DNA of 64,000 bases from Eledone cirrhosa (taxonomy: Eukaryota). The notes under the pieces are model-generated. The model saw only the letters and a program-made list of their open reading frames with translations, was not told where the DNA came from and searched no databases. Where the stretch lies: positions 251,968,001-252,032,000 of the forward strand of contig OZ024740.1 in assembly GCA_964016885.1 (NCBI GenBank), in the 5' to 3' direction. Below, piece by piece: positions 13,901 to 28,900 of this stretch. The position numbers were made by a program, and so were the translations under genes. Within the stretch, counting starts at the first letter, position 1, and each line of letters begins with the position of its first letter.

Positions 13901-16900
13901 TGATTTTTTTTTACAAATTATCTCCCCCTGATTTTTTTTTACAAATTATCTCCCCCTGATTTTTTTTACAAATTATCTCCCCCTGATTTTTAAAAAAAAA
14001 ATTATCTCCCCTTCGCTGGCTGGAAATTATCTCCCCTTGGACGCTGGAAATTATAGCCCCTTGGAGGGCTGGAAATTATCTTCCCTTGGACGGCTGGAAA
14101 TTATCTTCCCTTGGACGGCTGGAAATTATCTCCCCTTGATTTTTTTTACAAATTATCTCCCCCTGATTTTTTTTTACAAATTATCTCCCCCTGATTTTTT
14201 TTTACAAATTATCTCCCCCTGATTTTTTTTTTACAAATTATCTCCGCTTGATTTTTTAAAAAAAATTATCTCCCCTTGGACGGCTGGAAATTATCTCCCC
14301 TTGGACGGCTGGAAATTATCTCCCCTTGGACGGCTAGAAATTATCTCTCCTTGGACGGCTGAAAATTATCTCCCCTTGGACGGCTGCAAATTATCTCCCC
14401 TTGATTTTTTTTACAAATTATCTCCCCCTGATTTTTTTTTACAAATTATCTCCCCCTGATTTTTTTTTACAAATTATCTACCCCTGATTTTTTTTACAAA
14501 TTATCTCCCCCTGATTTTTTTTACAAATTATCTCCCCCTGATTTTTCTTTTACAAATTATCTCCCCCTGATTTTTTTACAAATTATCTCCCCCTGATTTT
14601 TTTTACAAATTATCTCCGCCTGATTTTTTTAAATATTATCTTCCCTTGGCTGGCGGGAAATTATCTCCCCTTGGACGGCTGGAAATTATCTGCCCTTGAT
14701 TTTGTTTTTACAAATTATCTTCCACTGATTTTTTTTACAAATTATCTCCACCTGATTTTTTAAAAAATTATCTCCCCTTGGAAGGCTGGAAATTATCTCC
14801 CCTTGGACGGCTAGAAATTATCTCTCTTTGGACGGCTGGAAATTATCTCCCCTTGATTTTTTTTACAAATTATCTCCCCCTGATTTTCTTTACAAATATC
14901 CCAGTGATTTTTTTAAAAAAATTATCTCCCCTTCGCTGGCTGGAAATTATCTCCCCTTGGACGCTGGAAATTATAGCCCCTTGGAGGGCTGGAAATTATC
15001 TTCCCTTGGACGGCTGGAAATTATCTCCCCTTGATTTTTTTACAAATTATCTCCCCCTGATTTTTTTTTACAAATTATCTCCCCCTGATTTTTTTTTACA
15101 AATTATCTCCCCCTGATTTTTTTTTACAACTTATCTCCGCCTGATTTTTTTTAAAAAATCATCTCCCCTTGGACGGCTGGAAATTATCTCCCCTTGGACG
15201 GCTGGAAATTATCTCTCCTTGGACGGCTAGAAATTACCTCTCCTTGGACGGCTGAAAATTATCTCCCCTTGGACGGCTGGAAATTATCTCCCCTTGATTT
15301 TTTTTACAAATTATCTTCCCCTGATTTTTTTTACAAATTATCTCCCCTGATTTTTTTTTACAAATTATCTCCCCCTGATTTTTTTTTACAAATTATCTCC
15401 CCCTGATTTTTTTTACAAATTATCTCCCCCTGATTTTTTTACAAATTATCTCCCCTTGGCTGGCTGGAAATTATCTCCCCTTGGAGGCAGGAATTTATCT
15501 CCCCTTGGACGGCTAGAAATTACCTCTCCTTGGACGGCTGGAAAATATGTCTCCTTGGACGGCTGGAAATTATCTCCCCTTGGACGGCTGGAAATTATCT
15601 CCCCTTGGACGGCTGGAAATTATCTCCCCTTGGACGGCTAGAAATTACCTCTCCTTGGACGGCTGAAAATTATCTCCCCTTGGACGGCTGGAAATTATCT
15701 CCCCTTGATTTTTTTACAAATTATCTCCCCCTGATTTTTTTTTACAAATTATCTCCCCCTGATTTTTTTTTACAAATTATCTCCCACTGATTTTTTTTTA
15801 CAAATTATCTCCCCCTGATTTTTTTTTTACAAATTATCTCCGCCTGATTTTTTTAAAAAAATTATCTCCCCTTGGACGGCTGGAAATTATCTCCCCTTGG
15901 ACGGCTGCAAATTATCTCCCCTTGGACGGCTAGAAATTACCTCTCCTTGGACGGCTGAAAATTATCTCCCCTTGGACGGCTGCAAATTATCTCCCCTTGA
16001 TTTTTTTTACAAATTATCTCCCCCTGATTTTTTTTACAAATTATCTCCCCCTGATTTTTTTTTACAAATTATCTCCCCCTGATTTTTTTTACAAATTATC
16101 TCCCCCTGATTTTTTTTACAAATTATCTCCCCCTGATTTTTTTTACAAATTATCTCCGCCTGATTTTTTTAAATATTATCTCTCCTTGGCTGGCGGGAAA
16201 TTATCTCCCCTTGGACGGCTGCAAATTATCTCCGCTTGATTTTTTTTACAAATTATCTCCCCCTGATTTTTTTTTACAAATTATCTCCCCCTGATTTTTT
16301 TTACAAATTATCTCCCCCTGATTTTTTTTACAAATTATCTCCCCCTGATTTTTTTTTACAAATTATCTCCCCTTGATTTTTTTTTACAAATTATCTCCCC
16401 CTGATTTTTTTTTTACAAATTATCTCCCCCTGATTTTTTTACAAATTATCTCCCCCTGATTTTTTTTACAAATTATCTCCCCCTGATTTTTTTTACAAAT
16501 TATCTCCCCTTGATTTTTTTTTACAAATTATCTCCCCCTGATTTTTTTTTTACAAATTATCTCCCCCTGATTTTTTTAAAAATTATCTTCCCTTGGCTGG
16601 CGGGAAATTATCTCCCCTTGGACGGCTGGAAATTATCTCCCCTTGGAAGGATGTAAATTATCTCCCCTTGGACGGCTGGAAATTATCTCCCCTTGCACGG
16701 CTGGAAATTATCTCCCCTTGATTTTTTTTACAAATTATCTCCCCCTGATTTTTTTTTACAAATTATCTCCCCCTGATTTTTTTTTACAGATTATCTCCCC
16801 CTGATTTTTTTTACAAATTATCTCCCCCTGATTTTTAAAAAAAAAATTATCTCCCCTTCGCTGGCTGGAAATTATCTCCCCTTGGACGCTGGAAATTATA

Positions 16901-19900
16901 GCCCCTTGGAGGGCTGGAAATTATCTTCCCTTGGACGGCTGGAAATTATCTTCCCTTGGACGGCTGGAAATTATCTCCCCTTGATTTTTTTTACAAATTA
17001 TCTCCCCCTGATTTTTTTTTACAAATTATCTCCCCCTGATTTTTTTTTACAAATTATCTCCCCCTGATTTTTTTTTTACAAATTATCTCCGCTTGATTTT
17101 TTAAAAAAAATTATCTCCCCTTGGACGGCTGGAAATTATCTCCCCGTGGACGGCTGGAAATTATCTCCCCTTGGACGGCTAGAAATTATCTCTCCTTGGA
17201 CGGCTGAAAATTATCTCCCCTTGGACGGCTGCAAATTATCTCCCCTTGATTTTTTTTACAAATTATCTCCCCCTGATTTTTTTTTACAAATTATCTCCCC
17301 CTGATTTTTTTTACAAATTATCTACCCCTGATTTTTTTTACAAATTATCTCTCCCTGATTTTTTTTACAAATTATCTCCCTCTGATTTTTTTTTACAAAT
17401 TATCTCCCCCTGATTTTTTTTTTACAAATTATCTCCCCCTGATTTTTTTACAAATTAACTCCCCCTGATTTTTTTTACAATCTCCGCCTGATTTTTTAAA
17501 AAATTATCTTCCCTTGGCTGGCGGGAAATTATCTCCCCTTGGACGGCTGGAAATTATCTCCCCTTGGACGGCTAGAAATTATCTCTCTTTGGACGGCTGG
17601 AAATTATCTCCCCTTGATTTTTTTTACAAATTATCTCCCCCTGATTTTTTTTACAAATTATCCCCGCATGATTTAAAAAAAAAAAATTATCTCCCCTTCG
17701 CTGGCTGGAAATTATCTCCCCTTGGACGCTGGAAATTATAGCCCCTTGGAGGGCTGGAAATTATCTTCCCTTGGACGGCTGGAAATTATCTCCCCTTGAT
17801 TTTTTTTACAAATTATCTCCCCCTGATTTTTTTTTACAAATTATCTCCCCCTGATTTTTTTTTACAAATTATCTCCCCCTGATTTTTTTTTTACAAATTA
17901 TCTCCGCTTGATTTTTTAAAAAAAATTATCTCCCCTTGGACGGCTGGAAATTATCTCCCCTTGGACGGCTGGAAATTATCTCCCCTTGGACGGCTAGAAA
18001 TTATCTCTCCTTGGACGGCTGAAAATTATCTCCCCTTGGACGGCTGCAAATTATCTCCCCTTGATTTTTTTTACAAATTATCTCCCCCTGATTTTTTTTT
18101 ACAAATTATCACCCCCTGATTTTTTTTTACAAATTATCTCCCCTTGATTTTTTTTTACAAATTATCTCCCCCTGATTTTTTTTTTACAAATTATCTCCCC
18201 CTGATTTTTTTACAAATTATCTCCCCCTGATTTTTTTTACAAATTATCTCCCCCTGATTTTTTTTACAAATTATCTCCCCTTGATTTTTTTTTACAAATT
18301 ATCTCCCCCTGATTTTTTTTTTACAAATTATCTCCCCCTGATTTTTTTAAAAATTATCTTCCCTTGGCTGGCGGGAAATTATCTCCCCTTGGACGGCTGG
18401 AAATTATCTCCCCTTGGAAGGATGTAAATTATCTCCCCTTGGACGGCTGGAAATTATCTCCCTTGCACGGCTGGAAATTATCTCCCCTTGATTTTTTTTA
18501 CAAATTATCTCCCCCTGATTTTTTTTTACAAATTATCTCCCCCTGATTTTTTTTTACAAATTATCTCCCCCTGATTTTTTTTACAAATTATCTCCCCCTG
18601 ATTTTTAAAAAAAAAATTATCTCCCCTTCGCTGGCTGGAAATTATCTCCCCTTGGACGCTGGAAATTATAGCCCCTTGGAGGGCTGGAAATTATCTTCCC
18701 TTGGACGGCTGGAAATTATCTTCCCTTGGACGGCTGGAAATTATCTCCCCTTGATTTTTTTTACAAATTATCTCCCCCTGATTTTTTTTTACAAATTATC
18801 TCCCCCTGATTTTTTTTTACAAATTATCTCCCCCTGATTTTTTTTTTACAAATTATCTCCGCTTGATTTTTTAAAAAAAATTATCTCCCCTTGGACGGCT
18901 GGAAATTATCTCCCCTTGGACGGCTGGAAATTATCTCCCCTTGGACGGCTAGAAATTATCTCTCCTTGGACGGCTGAAAATTATCTCCCCTTGGACGGCT
19001 GCAAATTATCTCCCCTTGATTTTTTTTACAAATTATCTCCCCCTGATTTTTTTTTACAAATTATCTCCCCCTGATTTTTTTTTACAAATTATCTACCCCT
19101 GATTTTTTTTACAAATTATCTCCCCCTGATTTTTTTTACAAATTATCTCCCCCTGATTTTTCTTTTACAAATTATCTCCCCCTGATTTTTTTACAAATTA
19201 TCTCCCCCTGATTTTTTTTACAAATTATCTCCGCCTGATTTTTTTAAATATTATCTTCCCTTGGCTGGCGGGAAATTATCTCCCCTTGGACGGCTGGAAA
19301 TTATCTGCCCTTGATTTTGTTTTTACAAATTATCTTCCACTGATTTTTTTTACAAATTATCTCCACCTGATTTTTTAAAAAATTATCTCCCCTTGGAAGG
19401 CTGGAAATTATCTCCCCTTGGAGGCTAGAAATTATCTCTCTTTGGACGGCTGGAAATTATCTCCCCTTGATTTTTTTTACAAATTATCTCCCCCTGATTT
19501 TCTTTACAAATATCCCAGTGATTTTTTTAAAAAAATTATCTCCCCTTCGCTGGCTGGAAATTATCTCCCCTTGGACGCTGGAAATTATAGCCCCTTGGAG
19601 GGCTGGAAATTATCTTCCCTTGGACGGCTGGAAATTATCTCCCCTTGATTTTTTTACAAATTATCTCCCCCTGATTTTTTTTTACAAATTATCTCCCCCT
19701 GATTTTTTTTTACAAATTATCTCCCCCTGATTTTTTTTTACAACTTATCTCCGCCTGATTTTTTTTAAAAAATCATCTCCCCTTGGACGGCTGGAAATTA
19801 TCTCCCCTTGGACGGCTGGAAATTATCTCTCCTTGGACGGCTAGAAATTACCTCTCCTTGGACGGCTGAAAATTATCTCCCCTTGGACGGCTGGAAATTA

Positions 19901-22900
19901 TCTCCCCTTGATTTTTTTTACAAATTATCTTCCCCTGATTTTTTTTACAAATTATCTCCCCTGATTTTTTTTTACAAATTATCTCCCCCTGATTTTTTTT
20001 TACAAATTATCTCCCCCTGATTTTTTTTACAAATTATCTCCCCCTGATTTTTTTACAAATTATCTCCCCTTGGCTGGCTGGAAATTATCTCCCCTTGGAG
20101 GCAGGAATTTATCTCCCCTTGGACGGCTAGAAATTACCTCTCCTTGGACGGCTGGAAAATATGTCTCCTTGGACGGCTGGAAATTATCTCCCCTTGGACG
20201 GCTGGAAATTATCTCCCCTTGGACGGCTGGAAATTATCTCCCCTTGGACGGCTAGAAATTACCTCTCCTTGGACGGCTGAAAATTATCTCCCCTTGGACG
20301 GCTGGAAATTATCTCCCCTTGATTTTTTTACAAATTATCTCCCCCTGATTTTTTTTTACAAATTATCTCCCCCTGATTTTTTTTTACAAATTATCTCCCA
20401 CTGATTTTTTTTTACAAATTATCTCCCCCTGATTTTTTTTTTACAAATTATCTCCGCCTGATTTTTTTAAAAAAATTATCTCCCCTTGGACGGCTGGAAA
20501 TTATCTCCCCTTGGACGGCTGGAAATTATCTCCCCTTGGACGGCTAGAAATTACCTCTCCTTGGACGGCTGAAAATTATCTCCCCTTGGACGGCTGCAAA
20601 TTATCTCCCCTTGATTTTTTTTACAAATTATCTCCCCCTGATTTTTTTTACAAATTATCTCCCCCTGATTTTTTTTACAAATTATCTCCCCCTGATTTTT
20701 AAAAAAAAAATTATCTCCCCTTCGCTGGCTGGAAATTATCTCCCCTTGGACGCTGGAAATTATAGCCCCTTGGAGGGCTGGAAATTATCTTCCCTTGGAC
20801 GGCTGGAAATTATCTTCCCTTGGACGGCTGGAAATTATCTCCCCTTGATTTTTTTTACAAATTATCTCCCCCTGATTTTTTTTTACAAATTATCTCCCCC
20901 TGATTTTTTTTTACAAATCATCTCCCCCTGATTTTTTTTTTACAAATTATCTCCGCTTGATTTTTTAAAAAAAATTATCTCCCCTTGGACGGCTGGAAAT
21001 TATCTCCCCTTGGACGGCTGGAAATTATCTCCCCTTGGACGGCTAGAAATTATCTCTCCTTGGACGGCTGAAAATTATCTCCCCTTGGACGGCTGCAAAT
21101 TATCTCCCCTTGATTTTTTTTACAAATTATCTCCCCCTGATTTTTTTTACAAATTATCTCCCCTGATTTTTTTTTACAAATTATCTCCCCCTGATTTTTT
21201 TTTACAAATTATCTCCCCCTGATTTTTTTTACAAATTATCTCCCCCTGATTTTTTTACAAATTATCTCCCCTTGGCTGGCTGGAAATTATCTCCCCTTGG
21301 AGGCAGGAATTTATCTCCCCTTGGACGGCTAGAAATTACCTCTCCTTGGACGGCTGGAAAATATGTCTCCTTGGACGGCTGGAAATTATCTCCCCTTGGA
21401 CGGCTGGAAATTATCTTCCCTTGGACGGCTGGAAATTATCTCCCCTTGGACGGCTAGAAATTACCTCTCCTTGGACGGCTGAAAATTATCTCCCCTTGGA
21501 CGGCTGGAAATTATCTCCCCTTGATTTTTTTACAAATTATCTCCCCCTGATTTTTTTTTACAAATTATCTCCCCCTGATTTTTTTTACAAATTATCTCCC
21601 CCTGATTTTTTTTACAAATTATCTCCCCCTGATTTTTTTTACAAATTATCTCCGCCTGATTTTTTTAAATATTATCTCTCCTTGGCTGGCGGGAAATTAT
21701 CTCCCCTTGGACGGCTGCAAATTATCTCCGCTTGATTTTTTTTACAAATTATCTCCCCCTGATTTTTTTTTACAAATTATCTCCCCCTGATTTTTTTTAC
21801 AAATTATCTCCCCCTGATTTTTTTTACAAATTATCTCCCCCTGATTTTTTTTTACAAATTATCTCCCCTTGATTTTTTTTTACAAATTATCTCCCCCTGA
21901 TTTTTTTTTTACAAATTATCTCCCCCTGATTTTTTTACAAATTATCTCCCCCTGATTTTTTTTACAAATTATCTCCCCCTGATTTTTTTTACAAATTATC
22001 TCCCCTTGATTTTTTTTTACAAATTATCTCCCCCTGATTTTTTTTTTACAAATTATCTCCCCCTGATTTTTTTAAAAATTATCTTCCCTTGGCTGGCGGG
22101 AAATTATCTCCCCTTGGACGGCTGGAAATTATCTCCCCTTGGAAGGATGTAAATTATCTCCCCTTGGACGGCTGGAAATTATCTCCCCTTGCACGGCTGG
22201 AAATTATCTCCCCTTGATTTTTTTTACAAATTATCTCCCCCTGATTTTTTTTTACAAATTATCTCCCCCTGATTTTTTTTTACAAATTATCTCCCCCTGA
22301 TTTTTTTTACAAATTATCTCCCCCTGATTTTAAAAAAAAAAATTATCTCCCCTTCGCTGGCTGGAAATTATCTCCCCTTGGACGCTGGAAATTATAGCCC
22401 CTTGGAGGGCTGGAAATTATCTTCCCTTGGACGGCTGGAAATTATCTTCCCTTGGACGGCTGGAAATTATCTCCCCTTGATTTTTTTTACAAATTATCTC
22501 CCCCTGATTTTTTTTTACAAATTATCTCCCCCTGATTTTTTTTTACAAATTATCTCCCCCTGATTTTTTTTTTACAAATTATCTCCGCTTGATTTTTTAA
22601 AAAAAATTATCTCCCCTTGGACGGCTGGAAATTATCTCCCCGTGGACGGCTGGAAATTATCTCCCCTTGGACGGCTAGAAATTATCTCTCCTTGGACGGC
22701 TGAAAATTATCTCCCCTTGGACGGCTGCAAATTATCTCCCCTTGATTTTTTTTACAAATTATCTCCCCCTGATTTTTTTTTACAAATTATCTCCCCCTGA
22801 TTTTTTTTACAAATTATCTACCCCTGATTTTTTTTACAAATTATCTCTCCCTGATTTTTTTTACAAATTATCTCCCTCTGATTTTTTTTTACAAATTATC

Positions 22901-25900
22901 TCCCCCTGATTTTTTTTTTACAAATTATCTCCCCCTGATTTTTTTACAAATTATCTCCCCCTGATTTTTTTTACAATCTCCGCCTGATTTTTTAAAAAAT
23001 TATCTTCCCTTGGCTGGCGGGAAATTATCTCCCCTTGGACGGCTTGAAATTATCTCCCCTTGGACGGCTAGAAATTATCTCTCTTTGGACGGCTGGAAAT
23101 TATCTCCCCTTGATTTTTTTTACAAATTATCTCCCCCTGATTTTTTTTACAAATTATCCCCGCATGATTTAAAAAAAAAAAATTATCTCCCCTTCGCTGG
23201 CTGGAAATTATCTCCCCTTGGACGCTGGAAATTATAGCCCCTTGGAGGGCTGGAAATTATCTTCCCTTGGACGGCTGGAAATTATCTCCCCTTGATTTTT
23301 TTTACAAATTATCTCCCCCTGATTTTTTTTTACAAATTATCTCCCCCTGATTTTTTTTTACAAATTATCTCCCCCTGATTTTTTTTTTACAAATTATCTC
23401 CGCTTGATTTTTTAAAAAAAATTATCTCCCCTTGGACGGCTGGAAATTATCTCCCCTTGGACGGCTGGAAATTATCTCCCCTTGGACGGCTAGAAATTAT
23501 CTCTCCTTGGACGGCTGAAAATTATCTCCCCTTGGACGGCTGCAAATTATCTCCCCTTGATTTTTTTTACAAATTATCTCCCCCTGATTTTTTTTTACAA
23601 ATTATCTCCCCCTGATTTTTTTTTACAAATTATCTCCCCTTGATTTTTTTTACAAATTATCTCCCCCTGATTTTTTTTTTACAAATTATCTCCCCCTGAT
23701 TTTTTTACAAATTATCTCCCCCTGATTTTTTTTACAAATTATCTCCCCCTGATTTTTTTTACAAATTATCTCCCCTTGATTTTTTTTTACAAATTATCTC
23801 CCCCTGATTTTTTTTTTACAAATTATCTCCCCCTGATTTTTTTAAAAATTATCTTCCCTTGGCTGGCGGGAAATTATCTCCCCTTGGACGGCTGGAAATT
23901 ATCTCCCCTTGGAAGGATGTAAATTATCTCCCCTTGGACGGCTGGAAATTATCTCCCTTGCACGGCTGGAAATTATCTCCCCTTGATTTTTTTTACAAAT
24001 TATCTCCCCCTGATTTTTTTTTACAAATTATCTCCCCCTGATTTTTTTTTACAAATTATCTCCCCCTGATTTTTTTTACAAATTATCTCCCCCTGATTTT
24101 TAAAAAAAAAATTATCTCCCCTTCGCTGGCTGGAAATTATCTCCCCTTGGACGCTGGAAATTATAGCCCCTTGGAGGGCTGGAAATTATCTTCCCTTGGA
24201 CGGCTGGAAATTATCTTCCCTTGGACGGCTGGAAATTATCTCCCCTTGATTTTTTTTACAAATTATCTCCCCCTGATTTTTTTTTACAAATTATCTCCCC
24301 CTGATTTTTTTTTACAAATTATCTCCCCCTGATTTTTTTTTTACAAATTATCTCCGCTTGATTTTTTAAAAAAAATTATCTCCCCTTGGACGGCTGGAAA
24401 TTATCTCCCCTTGGACGGCTGGAAATTATCTCCCCTTGGACGGCTAGAAATTATCTCTCCTTGGACGGCTGAAAATTATCTCCCCTTGGACGGCTGCAAA
24501 TTATCTCCCCTTGATTTTTTTTACAAATTATCTCCCCCTGATTTTTTTTTACAAATTATCTCCCCCTGATTTTTTTTTACAAATTATCTACCCCTGATTT
24601 TTTTTACAAATTATCTCCCCCTGATTTTTTTTACAAATTATCTCCCCCTGATTTTTCTTTTACAAATTATCTCCCCCTGATTTTTTTACAAATTATCTCC
24701 CCCTGATTTTTTTTACAAATTATCTCCGCCTGATTTTTTTAAATATTATCTTCCCTTGGCTGGCGGGAAATTATCTCCCCTTGGACGGCTGGAAATTATC
24801 TGCCCTTGATTTTGTTTTTACAAATTATCTTCCACTGATTTTTTTTACAAATTATCTCCACCTGATTTTTTAAAAAATTATCTCCCCTTGGAAGGCTGGA
24901 AATTATCTCCCCTTGGACGGCTAGAAATTATCTCTCTTTGGACGGCTGGAAATTATCTCCCCTTGATTTTTTTTACAAATTATCTCCCCCTGATTTTCTT
25001 TACAAATATCCCAGTGATTTTTTTAAAAAAATTATCTCCCCTTCGCTGGCTGGAAATTATCTCCCCTTGGACGCTGGAAATTATAGCCCCTTGGAGGGCT
25101 GGAAATTATCTTCCCTTGGACGGCTGGAAATTATCTCCCCTTGATTTTTTTACAAATTATCTCCCCCTGATTTTTTTTTACAAATTATCTCCCCCTGATT
25201 TTTTTTTACAAATTATCTCCCCCTGATTTTTTTTTACAACTTATCTCCGCCTGATTTTTTTTAAAAAATCATCTCCCCTTGGACGGCTGGAAATTATCTC
25301 CCCTTGGACGGCTGGAAATTATCTCTCCTTGGACGGCTAGAAATTACCTCTCCTTGGACGGCTGAAAATTATCTCCCCTTGGACGGCTGGAAATTATCTC
25401 CCCTTGATTTTTTTTACAAATTATCTTCCCCTGATTTTTTTTACAAATTATCTCCCCTGATTTTTTTTTACAAATTATCTCCCCCTGATTTTTTTTTACA
25501 AATTATCTCCCCCTGATTTTTTTTACAAATTATCTCCCCCTGATTTTTTTACAAATTATCTCCCCTTGGCTGGCTGGAAATTATCTCCCCTTGGAGGCAG
25601 GAATTTATCTCCCCTTGGACGGCTAGAAATTACCTCTCCTTGGACGGCTGGAAAATATGTCTCCTTGGACGGCTGGAAATTATCTCCCCTTGGACGGCTG
25701 GAAATTATCTCCCCTTGGACGGCTGGAAATTATCTCCCCTTGGACGGCTAGAAATTACCTCTCCTTGGACGGCTGAAAATTATCTCCCCTTGGACGGCTG
25801 GAAATTATCTCCCCTTGATTTTTTTACAAATTATCTCCCCCTGATTTTTTTTTACAAATTATCTCCCCCTGATTTTTTTTTACAAATTATCTCCCACTGA

Positions 25901-28900
25901 TTTTTTTTTACAAATTATCTCCCCCTGATTTTTTTTTTACAAATTATCTCCGCCTGATTTTTTTAAAAAAATTATCTCCCCTTGGACGGCTGGAAATTAT
26001 CTCCCCTTGGACGGCTGGAAATTATCTCCCCTTGGACGGCTAGAAATTACCTCTCCTTGGACGGCTGAAAATTATCTCCCCTTGGACGGCTGCAAATTAT
26101 CTCCCCTTGATTTTTTTTACAAATTATCTCCCCCTGATTTTTTTTACAAATTATCTCCCCCTGATTTTTTTTTACAAATTATCTCCCCCTGATTTTTTTT
26201 ACAAATTATCTCCCCCTGATTTTTTTTACAAATTATCTCCCCCTGATTTTTTTTACAAATTATCTCCGCCTGATTTTTTTAAATATTATCTCTCCTTGGC
26301 TGGCGGGAAATTATCTCCCCTTGGACGGCTGCAAATTATCTCCGCTTGATTTTTTTTACAAATTATCTCCCCCTGATTTTTTTTTACAAATTATCTCCCC
26401 CTGATTTTTTTTACAAATTATCTCCCCCTGATTTTTTTTACAAATTATCTCCCCCTGATTTTTTTTTACAAATTATCTCCCCTTGATTTTTTTTTACAAA
26501 TTATCTCCCCCTGATTTTTTTTTTACAAATTATCTCCCCCTGATTTTTTTACAAATTATCTCCCCCTGATTTTTTTTACAAATTATCTCCCCCTGATTTT
26601 TTTTACAAATTATCTCCCCTTGATTTTTTTTTACAAATTATCTCCCCCTGATTTTTTTTTTACAAATTATCTCCCCCTGATTTTTTTAAAAATTATCTTC
26701 CCTTGGCTGGCGGGAAATTATCTCCCCTTGGACGGCTGGAAATTATCTCCCCTTGGAAGGATGTAAATTATCTCCCCTTGGACGGCTGGAAATTATCTCC
26801 CCTTGCACGGCTGGAAATTATCTCCCCTTGATTTTTTTTACAAATTATCTCCCCCTGATTTTTTTTTACAAATTATCTCCCCCTGATTTTTTTTTACAGA
26901 TTATCTCCCCCTGATTTTTTTTACAAATTATCTCCCCCTGATTTTTAAAAAAAAAATTATCTCCCCTTCGCTGGCTGGAAATTATCTCCCCTTGGACGCT
27001 GGAAATTATAGCCCCTTGGAGGGCTGGAAATTATCTTCCCTTGGACGGCTGGAAATTATCTTCCCTTGGACGGCTGGAAATTATCTCCCCTTGATTTTTT
27101 TTACAAATTATCTCCCCCTGATTTTTTTTTACAAATTATCTCCCCCTGATTTTTTTTTACAAATTATCTCCCCCTGATTTTTTTTTTACAAATTATCTCC
27201 GCTTGATTTTTTAAAAAAAATTATCTCCCCTTGGACGGCTGGAAATTATCTCCCCGTGGACGGCTGGAAATTATCTCCCCTTGGACGGCTAGAAATTATC
27301 TCTCCTTGGACGGCTGAAAATTATCTCCCCTTGGACGGCTGCAAATTATCTCCCCTTGATTTTTTTTACAAATTATCTCCCCCTGATTTTTTTTTACAAA
27401 TTATCTCCCCCTGATTTTTTTTACAAATTATCTACCCCTGATTTTTTTTACAAATTATCTCTCCCTGATTTTTTTTACAAATTATCTCCCTCTGATTTTT
27501 TTTTACAAATTATCTCCCCCTGATTTTTTTTTTACAAATTATCTCCCCCTGATTTTTTTACAAATTAACTCCCCCTGATTTTTTTTACAATCTCCGCCTG
27601 ATTTTTTAAAAAATTATCTTCCCTTGGCTGGCGGGAAATTATCTCCCCTTGGACGGCTGGAAATTATCTCCCCTTGGACGGCTAGAAATTATCTCTCTTT
27701 GGAAGGCTGGAAATTATCTCCCCTTGATTTTTTTTACAAATTATCTCCCCCTGATTTTTTTTACAAATTATCCCCGCATGATTTAAAAAAAAAAAATTAT
27801 CTCCCCTTCGCTGGCTGGAAATTATCTCCCCTTGGACGCTGGAAATTATAGCCCCTTGGAGGGCTGGAAATTATCTTCCCTTGGACGGCTGGAAATTATC
27901 TCCCCTTGATTTTTTTTACAAATTATCTCCCCCTGATTTTTTTTTACAAATTATCTCCCCCTGATTTTTTTTTACAAATTATCTCCCCCTGATTTTTTTT
28001 TTACAAATTATCTCCGCTTGATTTTTTAAAAAAAATTATCTCCCCTTGGACGGCTGGAAATTATCTCCCCTTGGACGGCTGGAAATTATCTCCCCTTGGA
28101 CGGCTAGAAATTATCTCTCCTTGGACGGCTGAAAATTATCTCCCCTTGGACGGCTGCAAATTATCTCCCCTTGATTTTTTTTACAAATTATCTCCCCCTG
28201 ATTTTTTTTTACAAATTATCACCCCCTGATTTTTTTTTACAAATTATCTCCCCTTGATTTTTTTTTACAAATTATCTCCCCCTGATTTTTTTTTTACAAA
28301 TTATCTCCCCCTGATTTTTTTACAAATTATCTCCCCCTGATTTTTTTTACAAATTATCTCCCCCTGATTTTTTTTACAAATTATCTCCCCTTGATTTTTT
28401 TTTACAAATTATCTCCCCCTGATTTTTTTTTTACAAATTATCTCCCCCTGATTTTTTTAAAAATTATCTTCCCTTGGCTGGCGGGAAATTATCTCCCCTT
28501 GGACGGCTGGAAATTATCTCCCCTTGGAAGGATGTAAATTATCTCCCCTTGGACGGCTGGAAATTATCTCCCTTGCACGGCTGGAAATTATCTCCCCTTG
28601 ATTTTTTTTACAAATTATCTCCCCCTGATTTTTTTTTACAAATTATCTCCCCCTGATTTTTTTTTACAAATTATCTCCCCCTGATTTTTTTTACAAATTA
28701 TCTCCCCCTGATTTTTAAAAAAAAAATTATCTCCCCTTCGCTGGCTGGAAATTATCTCCCCTTGGACGCTGGAAATTATAGCCCCTTGGAGGGCTGGAAA
28801 TTATCTTCCCTTGGACGGCTGGAAATTATCTTCCCTTGGACGGCTGGAAATTATCTCCCCTTGATTTTTTTTACAAATTATCTCCCCCTGATTTTTTTTT